NCBI GenBank assembly: GCA_016840405.1
Contig: JAEOSK010000005.1
Location: 15,324 to 79,323 of the forward strand
Source of the DNA: Candidatus Hermodarchaeum yapensis
Lineage (GTDB): Archaea > Asgardarchaeota > Hermodarchaeia > Hermodarchaeales > Hermodarchaeaceae
Direction: 5' to 3'
Length of the DNA stretch: 64,000 nt
Shown here piece after piece: positions 9,806 to 19,036 of this stretch. Each line of letters starts with the position of its first letter. Position 1 is the stretch's first letter. The notes under the pieces were generated by a model. It was given only the letters and a program-made list of their open reading frames with translations, did no database searches and had not been told where the DNA came from. The position numbers and the translations under genes are program-made.

Positions 9806-11660
9806 CAAACCCCCGGAAGAACTCAAAATGACAGCAAACCAATATGCGATTGTTAATCTTAGTAAAGGTTCAGTGAAAATAGGGGAGACTTCAGCAAGCA
9901 TTATTCGAAGTTACTTGGGTGGTCGAGGGACGAACGTCTATTATCTGAATAAATTGCTCAGGAAAGATGTGGATCCGCTCTCCCCGGAAAATGTGCTGAT
10001 TTTTGGTTCTGGTTTGCTGACCGGGTTCCTGATCCCGAACGCGTCGCGGTTCAATGTTACAGCGAAATCCCCTGAATCTGGTTTTTTGGGTGACACTAAT
10101 TGTGGAGGCTATTTTGCTCCGGAGATGCGTTATGCTGGTTTTGACCGGGTCATCATTCTTGGTAAAGCGAAGAAGCCGAGTTACATTTTCCTTCAGGATG
10201 GCTCTGTGGAGATTCGAGATGCGTCGGCTTATTGGGGTCTCGATACGTATGATGTTCAAACTGAGTTGCGGAAGGATTTGGGGGATGTTCAGGCTGCTGT
10301 CACTGGAGAAGCGGGTGAAAAACTCGTCCGATTTGCGAACATTCGAAACGGTGTAAAAAATGCCGGAGGACGGGGTGGGCTTGGTGCGGTCATGGGATCG
10401 AAGAACCTGAAGGCCTTGGTCGCTTATGGAACTCGAGGGTTGAAGGTTGCTCATCCAGAACAGCTTCTGGAGCTTACTAGGCGTGTTAATGATTATGTTA
10501 TGAATTCGAAGGTCATCTCAGTCATGGGCAAACTGGGTTCTCCGTATCTGTACGATGTTAGTAATGAATTAGGAGCGATTCGCACGAAGAACAGCCAGCT
10601 GAATGCCTGGTCGGATTCATTAAACGCAGAGTATTTCGAAGAATATGCTGAGAAAATGGTATCCTGTGCTTCTTGTATTGTACATTGTCGACATCGGAAT
10701 ACCATGAACGGTGAAGGCCCTGAATACACGACGATTGGATTACTGGGAGCCAACATAGGTATCTCGGACCCAAAACAGGTTATTGAGTTGAATAACCTCT
10801 GCAACCGTCTTGGATTAGACACGGCATCTGCAGGGAGTATTCTTGCCTGGGTTTTCGAGCTCTACGAAAAAGGAATTGTTGATAGAACGAAATTCCATGG
10901 GGAGAAACTAGAATTCGAAAACTTTGAACTTGCCAAATCCCTCCTCGAAAAGACGGCCCGCCGTGAGGGACTTGGGGACGTCTTGGCTGAGAGTAGTCAA
11001 GCCGTTCAGTACTTTGGACCAAAATCTGCTGATTATCTCATTGCGGTAAAGAACTTACCTCAAAGCGATCCACATGATGTTCGTTACATCAAAGCATTTG
11101 CACTTGGGATAGCGACTGCGTCAAGAGGAGCAGATCATTTGCGTAGTCGACCCACCCTTGAAATCTTTCTGCGACTGCCCCAAGAAGTAAAGGAAAAAAT
11201 CTATGGTACAGGAATCTCGCCGGATCCCACTTCATACGAGGGGAAGGAAAAAACCGTTTTTTGGTCAGATAACATGTACGCCGTAATTGATGCAGTGGGA
11301 ATCTGTAAATTCATCTGCCATGGTTTCAACAGCCCACACCTCATCGGATATGAACAGGTTCGCGAATTCTTACAAGCAGCAGTTGGCCTTGATTTCGAGG
11401 TTCAAGAACTAAAAGAAATTGGGCAGCGAATAATTGACACAGAACGCATCCTCAACCTGCGGTTTGGACTCACCCGGGCAGATGATTCATTACCTAAACG
11501 CTATTTTGATGACCCAGCCCCATTGAAAACCGCCCAAGGCCATCATATAGATCGCCAACAATTCCAAACCATGTTGAATCGATACTACCAACTACGTGGC
11601 TGGAACGACCAAGGGATGGTAACACACAAACGGATCACCGAATTGGAGGCGATTGAATGA
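9792..11660 (+). CDS. Tungsten/molybdopterin aldehyde:ferredoxin oxidoreductase (AOR family)
   Basis: 622 aa. AOR N-domain then GLD(T/S)ASAG-type, DPHD and RGADHLRS-type segments (GLDTASAGSILAW, SDPHDVRY, SRGADHLRSRP). An alternative ATG lies at 9828. Confidence 0.9.
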   Translation: MAVDNKPPEELKMTANQYAIVNLSKGSVKIGETSASIIRSYLGGRGTNVYYLNKLLRKDVDPLSPENVLIFGSGLLTGFLIPNASRFNVTAKSPESGFLGDTNCGGYFAPEMRYAGFDRVIILGKAKKPSYIFLQDGSVEIRDASAYWGLDTYDVQTELRKDLGDVQAAVTGEAGEKLVRFANIRNGVKNAGGRGGLGAVMGSKNLKALVAYGTRGLKVAHPEQLLELTRRVNDYVMNSKVISVMGKLGSPYLYDVSNELGAIRTKNSQLNAWSDSLNAEYFEEYAEKMVSCASCIVHCRHRNTMNGEGPEYTTIGLLGANIGISDPKQVIELNNLCNRLGLDTASAGSILAWVFELYEKGIVDRTKFHGEKLEFENFELAKSLLEKTARREGLGDVLAESSQAVQYFGPKSADYLIAVKNLPQSDPHDVRYIKAFALGIATASRGADHLRSRPTLEIFLRLPQEVKEKIYGTGISPDPTSYEGKEKTVFWSDNMYAVIDAVGICKFICHGFNSPHLIGYEQVREFLQAAVGLDFEVQELKEIGQRIIDTERILNLRFGLTRADDSLPKRYFDDPAPLKTAQGHHIDRQQFQTMLNRYYQLRGWNDQGMVTHKRITELEAIE

Positions 11661-12112
11661 AGTACATCTTCGTTTACCCAGAGCGTTGCACTGGGTGTCG
11701 ATTATGTTCACTTGCCTGTTCATTGACCAAATATGGTGAATGCAACCCACGTAAAGCTGCGATTAGTGTCGTTCGAGATGAATTTGAACGGTTCGAATTT
11801 CCGGTTGTTTGCTTTCAATGTCAGGATGCGCCCTGTGTTTCAGCTTGTCCACAAAACGCCATTACAAAGGATGAAGGCGTTGTGACACGCGACGATGACC
11901 GGTGTATTGGTTGCCGGTTATGTGCAGTGGTCTGTCCCTTCTCCGCAATTACAACTCATGGTAAGGAACTGATCCATTGTGACCTTTGTGGGGGTGACCC
12001 ACAATGTGTCAAATACTGTTCCACAAAAGCCATCGAATATGCAGAAGAAACCCAAGAAGCAATGCAACGACGAAAAGAACAGCTAGCCCGAGTCCTTATC
12101 ATAGAGAAATAA
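11657..12112 (+). CDS. Polyferredoxin (multi [4Fe-4S] electron-transfer subunit, AorA/HycB-like)
   Basis: 151 aa with CTGCRLCSLAC, CFQCQDAPCVSACP, CIGCRLCAVVCP and C..C...QCVKYC motifs. ATGA overlap with the AOR stop. Confidence 0.8.
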   Translation: MKYIFVYPERCTGCRLCSLACSLTKYGECNPRKAAISVVRDEFERFEFPVVCFQCQDAPCVSACPQNAITKDEGVVTRDDDRCIGCRLCAVVCPFSAITTHGKELIHCDLCGGDPQCVKYCSTKAIEYAEETQEAMQRRKEQLARVLIIEK

Positions 12113-12276
12113 TTCCAGAAGCCCTTATTATGACAGGTTTGTGTGTATCATGAAACGATGTAGACATAGTTTCTATGCTTCCTGATTATTCCAATTCGGA
12201 CCCAACCCACTAGTTCTCTTTCTACTAGCCCAATTGATTTAATAAAGAACAGCCGGGAATAATTAAGTAATTTTGT

Positions 12277-12732
12277 TTGGTGAGAGCTTTGCCTACACCT
12301 AGGGACATTTCAGACTATCAAAGACATCTATCAAATGTGATGGCATACTGTGCACTCCTTACTGGGTTCATCCTCACTGTGTTCACGCTATTACTCACCC
12401 TCCTTCCATACAGTTTTCTCTCTAGCCTCTGGGGTCAGATCGCATTATTCTTCGTCGCAATCCTGTTCTACTTGTTTTTATTATATGGTTTACTCTTTAG
12501 ATTATGGGGGTTTCGATGGGTAAAATGGAAACCACCTATAAGTTGGCAAACACATTTCTTGAAAGGGTTCTTTATTCTGGCAATCTTACTCTTTGGGTTT
12601 CTCATTCCATTGCTATTCCTTATTTGGGGATTTTTCCTTCTAGCGATAATAATGGGGATTATTTGGGTGGTATTTTTTGCCTTCTACGTGGTATACGATA
12701 AAATTACTATAGGATCGCCTGAGAGAACCTGA
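12277..12732 (+). CDS. Hypothetical integral membrane protein
   Basis: 151 aa with about 4 hydrophobic helices and no recognisable motif. Confidence 0.45.
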   Translation: MVRALPTPRDISDYQRHLSNVMAYCALLTGFILTVFTLLLTLLPYSFLSSLWGQIALFFVAILFYLFLLYGLLFRLWGFRWVKWKPPISWQTHFLKGFFILAILLFGFLIPLLFLIWGFFLLAIIMGIIWVVFFAFYVVYDKITIGSPERT

Positions 12733-12953
12733 CTCTTTTTCTTAACTTCTCTTCCACAGATTGGGGGTATTCGGGAGTTTATGAAGTTATATTCAAATGT
12801 ATAGCAATACCTAAGATTCCAGAAAAAAAACAACCGTTAATTCTCTAACTCAGCAAACCTGGCACAATCCCTAAAAAGAGTAAGTATTCAAGAGCAACAT
12901 CAGCTTTTTCTAAAGATTCACAGTAAGATAGTAATGAAATCGAGTGGAGAAAG

Positions 12954-13415
12954 ATGGAGCCAAAAACTACTACATGGAGAGAATTGAGTAGGGTAATGAA
13001 TATCATATTCGTTGTTGCTTCTGTATTATTCTTCATTTGTGTGAGCGGAATTTTTCTGGCAACTAAATTTGGTAACGTGGAACTCCGGTGGTTGTTGGGA
13101 ATTCTTGTGATGTGTTTAATAGTTCCCTACACGGTCGTTTTAATAGGATATGTGAAGGAGAAGCCGGAGAAACCGGTAATCATTTCTCTTAGCCTTATTC
13201 TTTTCTATCTCATTCTAGAATTGATTTGGGATTATATTCTCCGAATTCCATTCCGAGAAATACTGACACTTCACATCGTCTACATAATTGTTCTTTACAT
13301 AGCCTCCTTCACTATGATTGGTGTGTCCTTCAGAATAAATAGAAAAATGGGTTGGTTGGTAACCATCACATTCTGGATATCCTTGGGATGTCTCATATAC
13401 CTGTATCTATTTTAG
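12954..13415 (+). CDS. Hypothetical integral membrane protein
   Basis: 153 aa with about 4-5 hydrophobic helices and no recognisable motif. Confidence 0.45.
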   Translation: MEPKTTTWRELSRVMNIIFVVASVLFFICVSGIFLATKFGNVELRWLLGILVMCLIVPYTVVLIGYVKEKPEKPVIISLSLILFYLILELIWDYILRIPFREILTLHIVYIIVLYIASFTMIGVSFRINRKMGWLVTITFWISLGCLIYLYLF

Positions 13416-13496
13416 AAGCTCTGATATGCAGGGAAAATTCATTTTCTAGTTGTTGATGCAGAATGAAAGACCGTTATCCATGGAGCATTACAAGGT

Positions 13497-14771
13497 TTAT
13501 GTTCGTTTCTCCTCTGAACGCCAATAGTGTTGACCAATGAGATTATCTTTTTTCAAAGAATTGAGAACATCGGTTACGTCAGTGCCCATTCGATGAGCAT
13601 GTAGGATAAATCCGGCGTTTCGAAGATCTCCAATTGTCTGGTATCCCATGACTTTTCCATCACAAAGGAGAAGTTTCCTGTAAACCTTGTTTCGGTGTAT
13701 ACGGATAACTTCACACTCTCCTATCTCTTTCAAAGTCTGACCGATGCTGAGTACTGGTGTCTCAAAGATGTTAATCAGATTGATGGCATCAGACCCTTGA
13801 TATGAAATCTGTTGACCCAGCATATTTTGTGCGGCGATTCGACCTTGAGAAATGGCGTTTGGCCATATTGCATTGATCTTTAGTTCATTCGTTGCACGAT
13901 CTAGTGCTTCAGCAACATCGCCTGCGGCGTATACGTTTGCAACACTGGTTTGCATGTATTCGTTGACAAGAATTCCTTCATTTGTTTTGATTTGAGTGCC
14001 TTTGATGATGTCGAGATTTGGACGAACTCCCACGGCTACGACGACCAGATCACATTTAATTTGCTTTCGACCAACTTGCACACCTTCGACATGCTTCTCA
14101 CCAAGAAGTTTGTTTACGCTTGCTGAAGTATGAATTTCTATGTCCTGTTCTTGTAAGAGTTGGTTCACGATTTCTGCTGTGTCTTCATCTAGCATTCGGG
14201 GGAGAAGATGATTTTCTTGTTCAATGATTGCAACTTGGGCACCAAGTCTATGGAGTGCGGTGGCGCTTTCAATACCAACAAACCCTCCGCCAATAACAAC
14301 TGCATGTTTTATCTTTCGTTTTGCTCGTGTTAGGATGGCTTGGCTGTCTCCTAAATTTACCAGGGTTACTACGCCTTCTTTGTCAAGGCCTTCGATGGGA
14401 GGTTTGATTGCAGATGCCCCAGTGGCGATGAGAAGCTTATCGTACGGAACTTCTTTTCCGGATTCGAGGTGGACTGAGTTGGATTTAGGATTCACAGCTG
14501 TAACAGAAGTGTCCAGTTTCATTTTGATTCCAGCGTCTTCGAAATACTGGAGGTCAAATCGGTCGAGGTATTTGTCATCAATTTCTCCAGCGACAAAGGA
14601 TGGAAGAGAGAACAAAGCGTAGAATCGCGTATCCTTTGTAATTAAAACGACATCAACGGAGTTCTCATGTTCTATTATCGTTTGTACTGCACTTAATCCA
14701 GCAGCTCCACTTCCAATAATCACCAGGCGCACAAGAATCCACTCAATAACCACAGATAACATAGTACTCAT
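13497..14771 (-). CDS. FAD-dependent pyridine nucleotide-disulfide oxidoreductase family protein (NADH oxidase / AorC-like)
   Basis: 424 aa with VIIGSGAAG (FAD), VVIGGGFVGIE (NAD) and YAAGDVAE motifs. The true start may be the in-frame GTG at 14732. Confidence 0.8.
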   Translation of the reverse strand: MSTMLSVVIEWILVRLVIIGSGAAGLSAVQTIIEHENSVDVVLITKDTRFYALFSLPSFVAGEIDDKYLDRFDLQYFEDAGIKMKLDTSVTAVNPKSNSVHLESGKEVPYDKLLIATGASAIKPPIEGLDKEGVVTLVNLGDSQAILTRAKRKIKHAVVIGGGFVGIESATALHRLGAQVAIIEQENHLLPRMLDEDTAEIVNQLLQEQDIEIHTSASVNKLLGEKHVEGVQVGRKQIKCDLVVVAVGVRPNLDIIKGTQIKTNEGILVNEYMQTSVANVYAAGDVAEALDRATNELKINAIWPNAISQGRIAAQNMLGQQISYQGSDAINLINIFETPVLSIGQTLKEIGECEVIRIHRNKVYRKLLLCDGKVMGYQTIGDLRNAGFILHAHRMGTDVTDVLNSLKKDNLIGQHYWRSEEKRT

Positions 14772-14800
14772 AAAAATACACTTGGAAGCGACTCGGATTT

Positions 14801-15721
14801 TTGATGAATAACAGGTTTTTTAGTAACATCTTGCATAGCCTCTGCGAGGTGACGCTTTTGGAAGTCAAAAAAGTCTCAGTCATTGGTGCTGGACTCATGG
14901 GTCACGGCATAACACAAGTTCTAGCCCAGGTCGCTGGATATGAAGTGTACCTGAAAGATATCAAACAAGAATTCATTGACACAGGCATGGGTCGAATTAA
15001 ATGGAGCCTTGGCAAGCTTGTTGAAAAAGAGAAACTCGCTCAAACCGATGCAGATGCAGTGCTCAAACGCATCCACCCTACCCTCGACATGAAAAAGGCA
15101 ATGAGTGACACGGATTTTGTCATCGAAGCTGTTCCTGAAAACTTAGATCTCAAAAAGAAGATTTTCGCCGAGATGGATGAACTCGCTCCATCACATGCCA
15201 TTCTTTCATCGAATACATCCTCTATCAGTATTAGTCGCATAGCCTCAGCTACAAAACGCCCAGATAAAGTCGTGGGTATGCACTTCTTCAATCCCGTTCA
15301 AATTATGAAACTGGTCGAAATTATTCGGGGAGAGAACACTTCGGATGAGACAGTCAAAATCGTTGAACTAGTGTCACAGAAAATGGGTAAGGAAACCGTG
15401 CTTTGCAAGAAAGATTCACCCGGTTTTATCGTCAACCGCGTTCTAGTTCCTGCACTTAACGAAGCCATCTGGTTGCTCCAAGAAGATGTTGCTGAACCAG
15501 AAGATATTGACAAGGCCATCAAGCTAGGTCTAAACTGGCCAATGGGACCAATTACACTCTTGGATTATGTTGGATTAGACACCACTCTGTCAATCACTAA
15601 GGTGTTTCAGAAAGAGATGGACGAACACAAATACGCTGCAGCTCCACTACTTGGAAAGATGGTTAAGGAAGGCAAATTGGGGAGAAAGACAAAGCAAGGA
15701 TTCTACGACTGGAACAAATAA
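14801..15721 (+). CDS. 3-hydroxyacyl-CoA (3-hydroxybutyryl-CoA) dehydrogenase
   Basis: KVSVIGAGLMGHGI Rossmann motif, SNTSS and NRVLVPALNEA motifs. The real start is probably the TTG at 14858 or the GTG at 14849, since a GAGGTGA lies just upstream. Confidence 0.85.
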   Translation: MMNNRFFSNILHSLCEVTLLEVKKVSVIGAGLMGHGITQVLAQVAGYEVYLKDIKQEFIDTGMGRIKWSLGKLVEKEKLAQTDADAVLKRIHPTLDMKKAMSDTDFVIEAVPENLDLKKKIFAEMDELAPSHAILSSNTSSISISRIASATKRPDKVVGMHFFNPVQIMKLVEIIRGENTSDETVKIVELVSQKMGKETVLCKKDSPGFIVNRVLVPALNEAIWLLQEDVAEPEDIDKAIKLGLNWPMGPITLLDYVGLDTTLSITKVFQKEMDEHKYAAAPLLGKMVKEGKLGRKTKQGFYDWNK

Positions 15722-15805
15722 ACCCCAACACTATCATGAACCCGTAATCGGTTCAAAACCTCGCAACGAGGAGATATTAAGGGATATTTGAGAAGTGGAA
15801 CCGGA

Positions 15806-16753
15806 TTACTTGTCTAGCTTTGCGCCACATTTTCCGCAGTGAGTAAACTCACTAGGTAAGTATTTTGTGCCACAGCTGGGGCAGTTCTTTTCCCAAGGTC
15901 CCCATTTGAATTCAGGTGATTTGCCATCAGCGGCTTCCTGTCGAAGGCGTATATATGCTGGAGGTCGTTTCTCGACGAAAGCCCACATACCTTCATGGGG
16001 TTCTTGGGAACTGAAGTGGACACTAAGCCAGTCTCGTACGCTTGGCCAAGTTAAAGACCAGACAAGATCCTTCCAGAAGTTCACCTGAGCTTTGGTAAAG
16101 CGAAGACATTCGGGGAATTTTTCGAGGATTTTCTTGGACCATTCTGCGATGGTGTCATCGAGCTTGTCATAGGGGACAACTTCGTTGACGAGTCCCCAAT
16201 CCTTGGCTTTTTCGGCACTAATTCGATCGCAAGTGAAGAGCATTTCCCGAGCTCGCCGGTCACCTATAATGATTGGTAACCATTGAGTGGCGCCGCCTGC
16301 GGCGACACTACCGACACGTGTTCCGACCTGTAATATTTCCACGTGGTCTGCAGCTATCGCTAGGTCGCATGCCATTTGGACTTCATTTCCTCCACCAGCA
16401 ACAATACCATTCAGCCTTGCTATCACTGGCTTTCCACAATGCCGTAACAAATGTAGGGCACGTTCAAAAATTTCGCACCATTTCCAGAAGTCTCGAGGTT
16501 TCTTAGTATACTTTGTTGCATACTCTTTGACGTCACCTCCAGTGCAGAATGCTTTTTTGCCTGCACCGGTTAGGACAATGACTCCAACCTCATCATCCCA
16601 CGAAGCGGTATGAAGGGCGTCACACATTTCGTCAAGCGTCAGAAGAGTATATGCATTGAATTTTTCTGGACGGTTGATTGTGAGGGTGGCGACCCAGTCT
16701 TTCTTCTCGTAAAGAATTTCCTTGTATTTGGGTTTTGCCAACTTAACCACCAA
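15806..16753 (-). CDS. MenB/BadI-like crotonase-fold enzyme with C-terminal zinc ribbon
   Basis: 315 aa. INRPEKFNAY, FCTGGDVKEY and GGGNEVQMACDLAIAAD resemble the MenB/BadI branch. The last 30 aa carry CPSCGTKY...HCGKCGAKL. Confidence 0.7.
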   Translation of the reverse strand: MVVKLAKPKYKEILYEKKDWVATLTINRPEKFNAYTLLTLDEMCDALHTASWDDEVGVIVLTGAGKKAFCTGGDVKEYATKYTKKPRDFWKWCEIFERALHLLRHCGKPVIARLNGIVAGGGNEVQMACDLAIAADHVEILQVGTRVGSVAAGGATQWLPIIIGDRRAREMLFTCDRISAEKAKDWGLVNEVVPYDKLDDTIAEWSKKILEKFPECLRFTKAQVNFWKDLVWSLTWPSVRDWLSVHFSSQEPHEGMWAFVEKRPPAYIRLRQEAADGKSPEFKWGPWEKNCPSCGTKYLPSEFTHCGKCGAKLDK

Positions 16754-16924
16754 AGTAAGTGGGTTAATACCGGATTCTCTTATTTGAAGTTTCTACTTGA
16801 TACCACAATTTTCGATGGACACCAAAAAAATTTGATGACACCGCTTGGTGAACGATGTGAATTATGAATGGAAAGGCTTCCGACACTTTTTCGTTGCTCC
16901 CTGCCATAAGTTATAAGGTATAAC

Positions 16925-17296
16925 TTGAAAGGCAATTCTATGACTGATCCAATGATCGCTTATTGTAGTCTTAACTGCATTGAATGCCCTGCCTATATTG
17001 CCTATCAAACCGATGATGAAGCACTAAGGAAAGAAACGGCGAAAAAATGGTCAACACCGGATCACCCTGTTTCTGTTGAAGACATAGATTGCACTGGATG
17101 CAAATCAACGAAACCTCCTATCTTTAATTGGTGTTCAAAATGTGAAGTCCGAAGTTGTGCTATTGAACATGAGGCCGTAACTTGCGCCCACTGCGCCGAT
17201 TATTCTTGTGAGAAAATCGATAAACTAATCAAAATGCTTGGTGACGAAGTAAGAAATCAACTCGAAAGCATACGAAACCAGTTGGCAAATCGTTAG
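16925..17296 (+). CDS. DUF3795-like cysteine-rich protein
   Basis: 123 aa with CSLNCIECPAY, CTGCKS, CSKCEVRSC and CAHCADYSCEK spacing, as in DUF3795. Confidence 0.55.
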   Translation: MKGNSMTDPMIAYCSLNCIECPAYIAYQTDDEALRKETAKKWSTPDHPVSVEDIDCTGCKSTKPPIFNWCSKCEVRSCAIEHEAVTCAHCADYSCEKIDKLIKMLGDEVRNQLESIRNQLANR

Positions 17297-17362
17297 ATCT
17301 GTAATGATAGGTCCAAAGAGTGTACAATAACACCTTCTAGAATAGTTGCAAAATGAAGCAAA

Positions 17363-17773
17363 TCAGGCAGGAATGAACACGTAGGAATCAAGGCCAAATG
17401 ATTTCTTGATTTCAATTTTAATTGGCGTGCCAATTTTGAGATCTTCGTATTTCGCTTTTTCAACCCGAGCAACGACTAATATTCCTTCATCGAGTTTCCC
17501 AACGGCGAGGATATAGGGTAACAATTCCTTGTATGCAGGAGGAGCAGCACCGACAAGGGTTTTTGCGTAGATTTCACCTGTACCTTTCAGGTCAATCCAT
17601 TCTGCGGCTTTGTCACCGCAGTTTGGACAGGTTGATTTTGGTGGCCATAGTACTCCGCATTTGGGACATTTGGTTGTTGTGAATTTGTTTTGTGCGAGGT
17701 TGTCCCAGAATTGTTTGATTTGAGTTTGTGGATAGACAAGAGTGTAGGGCAGATCCGTGGGTTGTTCAGTCAT
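17363..17773 (-). CDS. DUF35 OB-fold/zinc-ribbon acyl-CoA-associated protein
   Basis: I prefer the ATG at 17773 (MTEQPT...), which sits 1 nt after the thiolase stop. CPKCGVLWPPKSTCPNCG rubredoxin-like knuckle followed by an OB-fold segment. Confidence 0.75.
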   Translation of the reverse strand: MTEQPTDLPYTLVYPQTQIKQFWDNLAQNKFTTTKCPKCGVLWPPKSTCPNCGDKAAEWIDLKGTGEIYAKTLVGAAPPAYKELLPYILAVGKLDEGILVVARVEKAKYEDLKIGTPIKIEIKKSFGLDSYVFIPA

Positions 17774-17774
17774 C

Positions 17775-18944
17775 TTAGTTCTGCCTCCGTAGAATATGGA
17801 CAACGTGATGTGTGGCGAAGCCACTTAGGTTCTGTGTGATACCTGTTGTTGCACCATCGACTTGGCGAGGTCCGCCTTCACCTCGAAGTTGTTCTGTGAC
17901 TTCAGCGATTTGGGCAACACCGGTGGCACCAACTGGATGTCCTTTCGATTTGAGACCTCCGGAAGGATTGACAGGGATTCGACCTCCGATTTCTGTATCC
18001 CCACTATCAACGAGTTTTGGCCCTTCACCCTTTTTACAAAATCCAAGGTCTTCATATTCGATGAGCTCAGCGATGGTGAAGCAATCGTGGGTTTCAGCGA
18101 GATCCATATCTTTAGGTTTGAGTTTTGCCATGGAATAGGCATTGTTCGCAGCATTTACTAATGCTCGCCAAGTCGTTAGACTCTGCATATTCGAGCAATT
18201 GAAGGAAGGTTCCATGAACTGTCCTGAACCGATCACATCAACTGGAGTGTCGTTGTATTTTCTAGCCTCTTTAGCGGGGACAAGAATTGCAGCGGCGGAT
18301 CCATCTGAAATTGGACTGCAGTCGAAGAGATTCAGAGGGTGAGCAATCATCGGTGATTCAAGAACGGTTTCAATGGTGATTTCTTTTCGAAATTGGGCAA
18401 TGGGATTTTTACTGCCATTCTTATGATTTTTCACGGCAATCTTAGCGAGTTGTTCTTGGGTCACGCCATACTCATGCATATATCGTGATGCAATGAGAGC
18501 AAATCCTGAGGGAGGGATCATTCCATGAAAACTTTCCCAGGTCAGGTCTTCGACTAAGCATAGATTGCGCATAGCTTCAGGGGAAGGCACATTGCACATT
18601 TTTTCAACGCCGATAACTAGAGCAGAGTCTGCTTGTCCTGATGTGATAGCAAAGAAGGCATTGCGAATGGCGGCGCCTCCGCTTGCACAGGCCATTTCAA
18701 TTCGGGAAGCCACCTTAGGAGACATACCCAGAAATTCAGCAACAAGGTTTGCTGGATGAGCTTGTTCCGTGAACCGTTCTGACTGGGCATTGGCAAGATA
18801 CAATGCTTCAATATCTTTGGGTTCTAATCCCTTTGTGTCTTTGAAGGCATGTTCTGCTGATTCTACAATAAGTTCACCCAAGGAAACGTCATTGCGTTTA
18901 CCCCATTGGGTGAGCCCAACTCCAACAACAGATACAGGTCTCAT
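17775..18944 (-). CDS. Thiolase (SCP-x / archaeal acetyl-CoA acetyltransferase type)
   Basis: 389 aa with MACASGGAAI (active Cys), ETHDCFT and GHPVGATG motifs. Confidence 0.85.
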   Translation of the reverse strand: MRPVSVVGVGLTQWGKRNDVSLGELIVESAEHAFKDTKGLEPKDIEALYLANAQSERFTEQAHPANLVAEFLGMSPKVASRIEMACASGGAAIRNAFFAITSGQADSALVIGVEKMCNVPSPEAMRNLCLVEDLTWESFHGMIPPSGFALIASRYMHEYGVTQEQLAKIAVKNHKNGSKNPIAQFRKEITIETVLESPMIAHPLNLFDCSPISDGSAAAILVPAKEARKYNDTPVDVIGSGQFMEPSFNCSNMQSLTTWRALVNAANNAYSMAKLKPKDMDLAETHDCFTIAELIEYEDLGFCKKGEGPKLVDSGDTEIGGRIPVNPSGGLKSKGHPVGATGVAQIAEVTEQLRGEGGPRQVDGATTGITQNLSGFATHHVVHILRRQN

Positions 18945-19036
18945 TCTAATTCACCATTCAAACAGAAATGTGCGATTCATCATCTTTGCACCGTGCATTC
19001 TTTTAAGTGCATTCAAAAGGCTACTTCATCTTGATG

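Noticed and set aside
9891-10454. 187-aa antisense ORF inside the AOR gene. Similar cases are 28123-28635 inside the PfkB kinase gene, and 4607-5089 and 1334-1810 inside the reductase operon.
   Set aside because: All overlap strongly supported genes on the other strand and have odd composition with no motifs. I treat them as shadow ORFs.
14732-14860. Apparent 29-nt divergent spacer between the FAD oxidoreductase gene and the 3-hydroxyacyl-CoA dehydrogenase gene
   Set aside because: This is an artefact of taking the longest ORFs. Both Rossmann motifs begin about 15-25 codons downstream, and in-frame GTG/TTG starts (14732; 14849/14858) give a normal spacer of about 120 nt.
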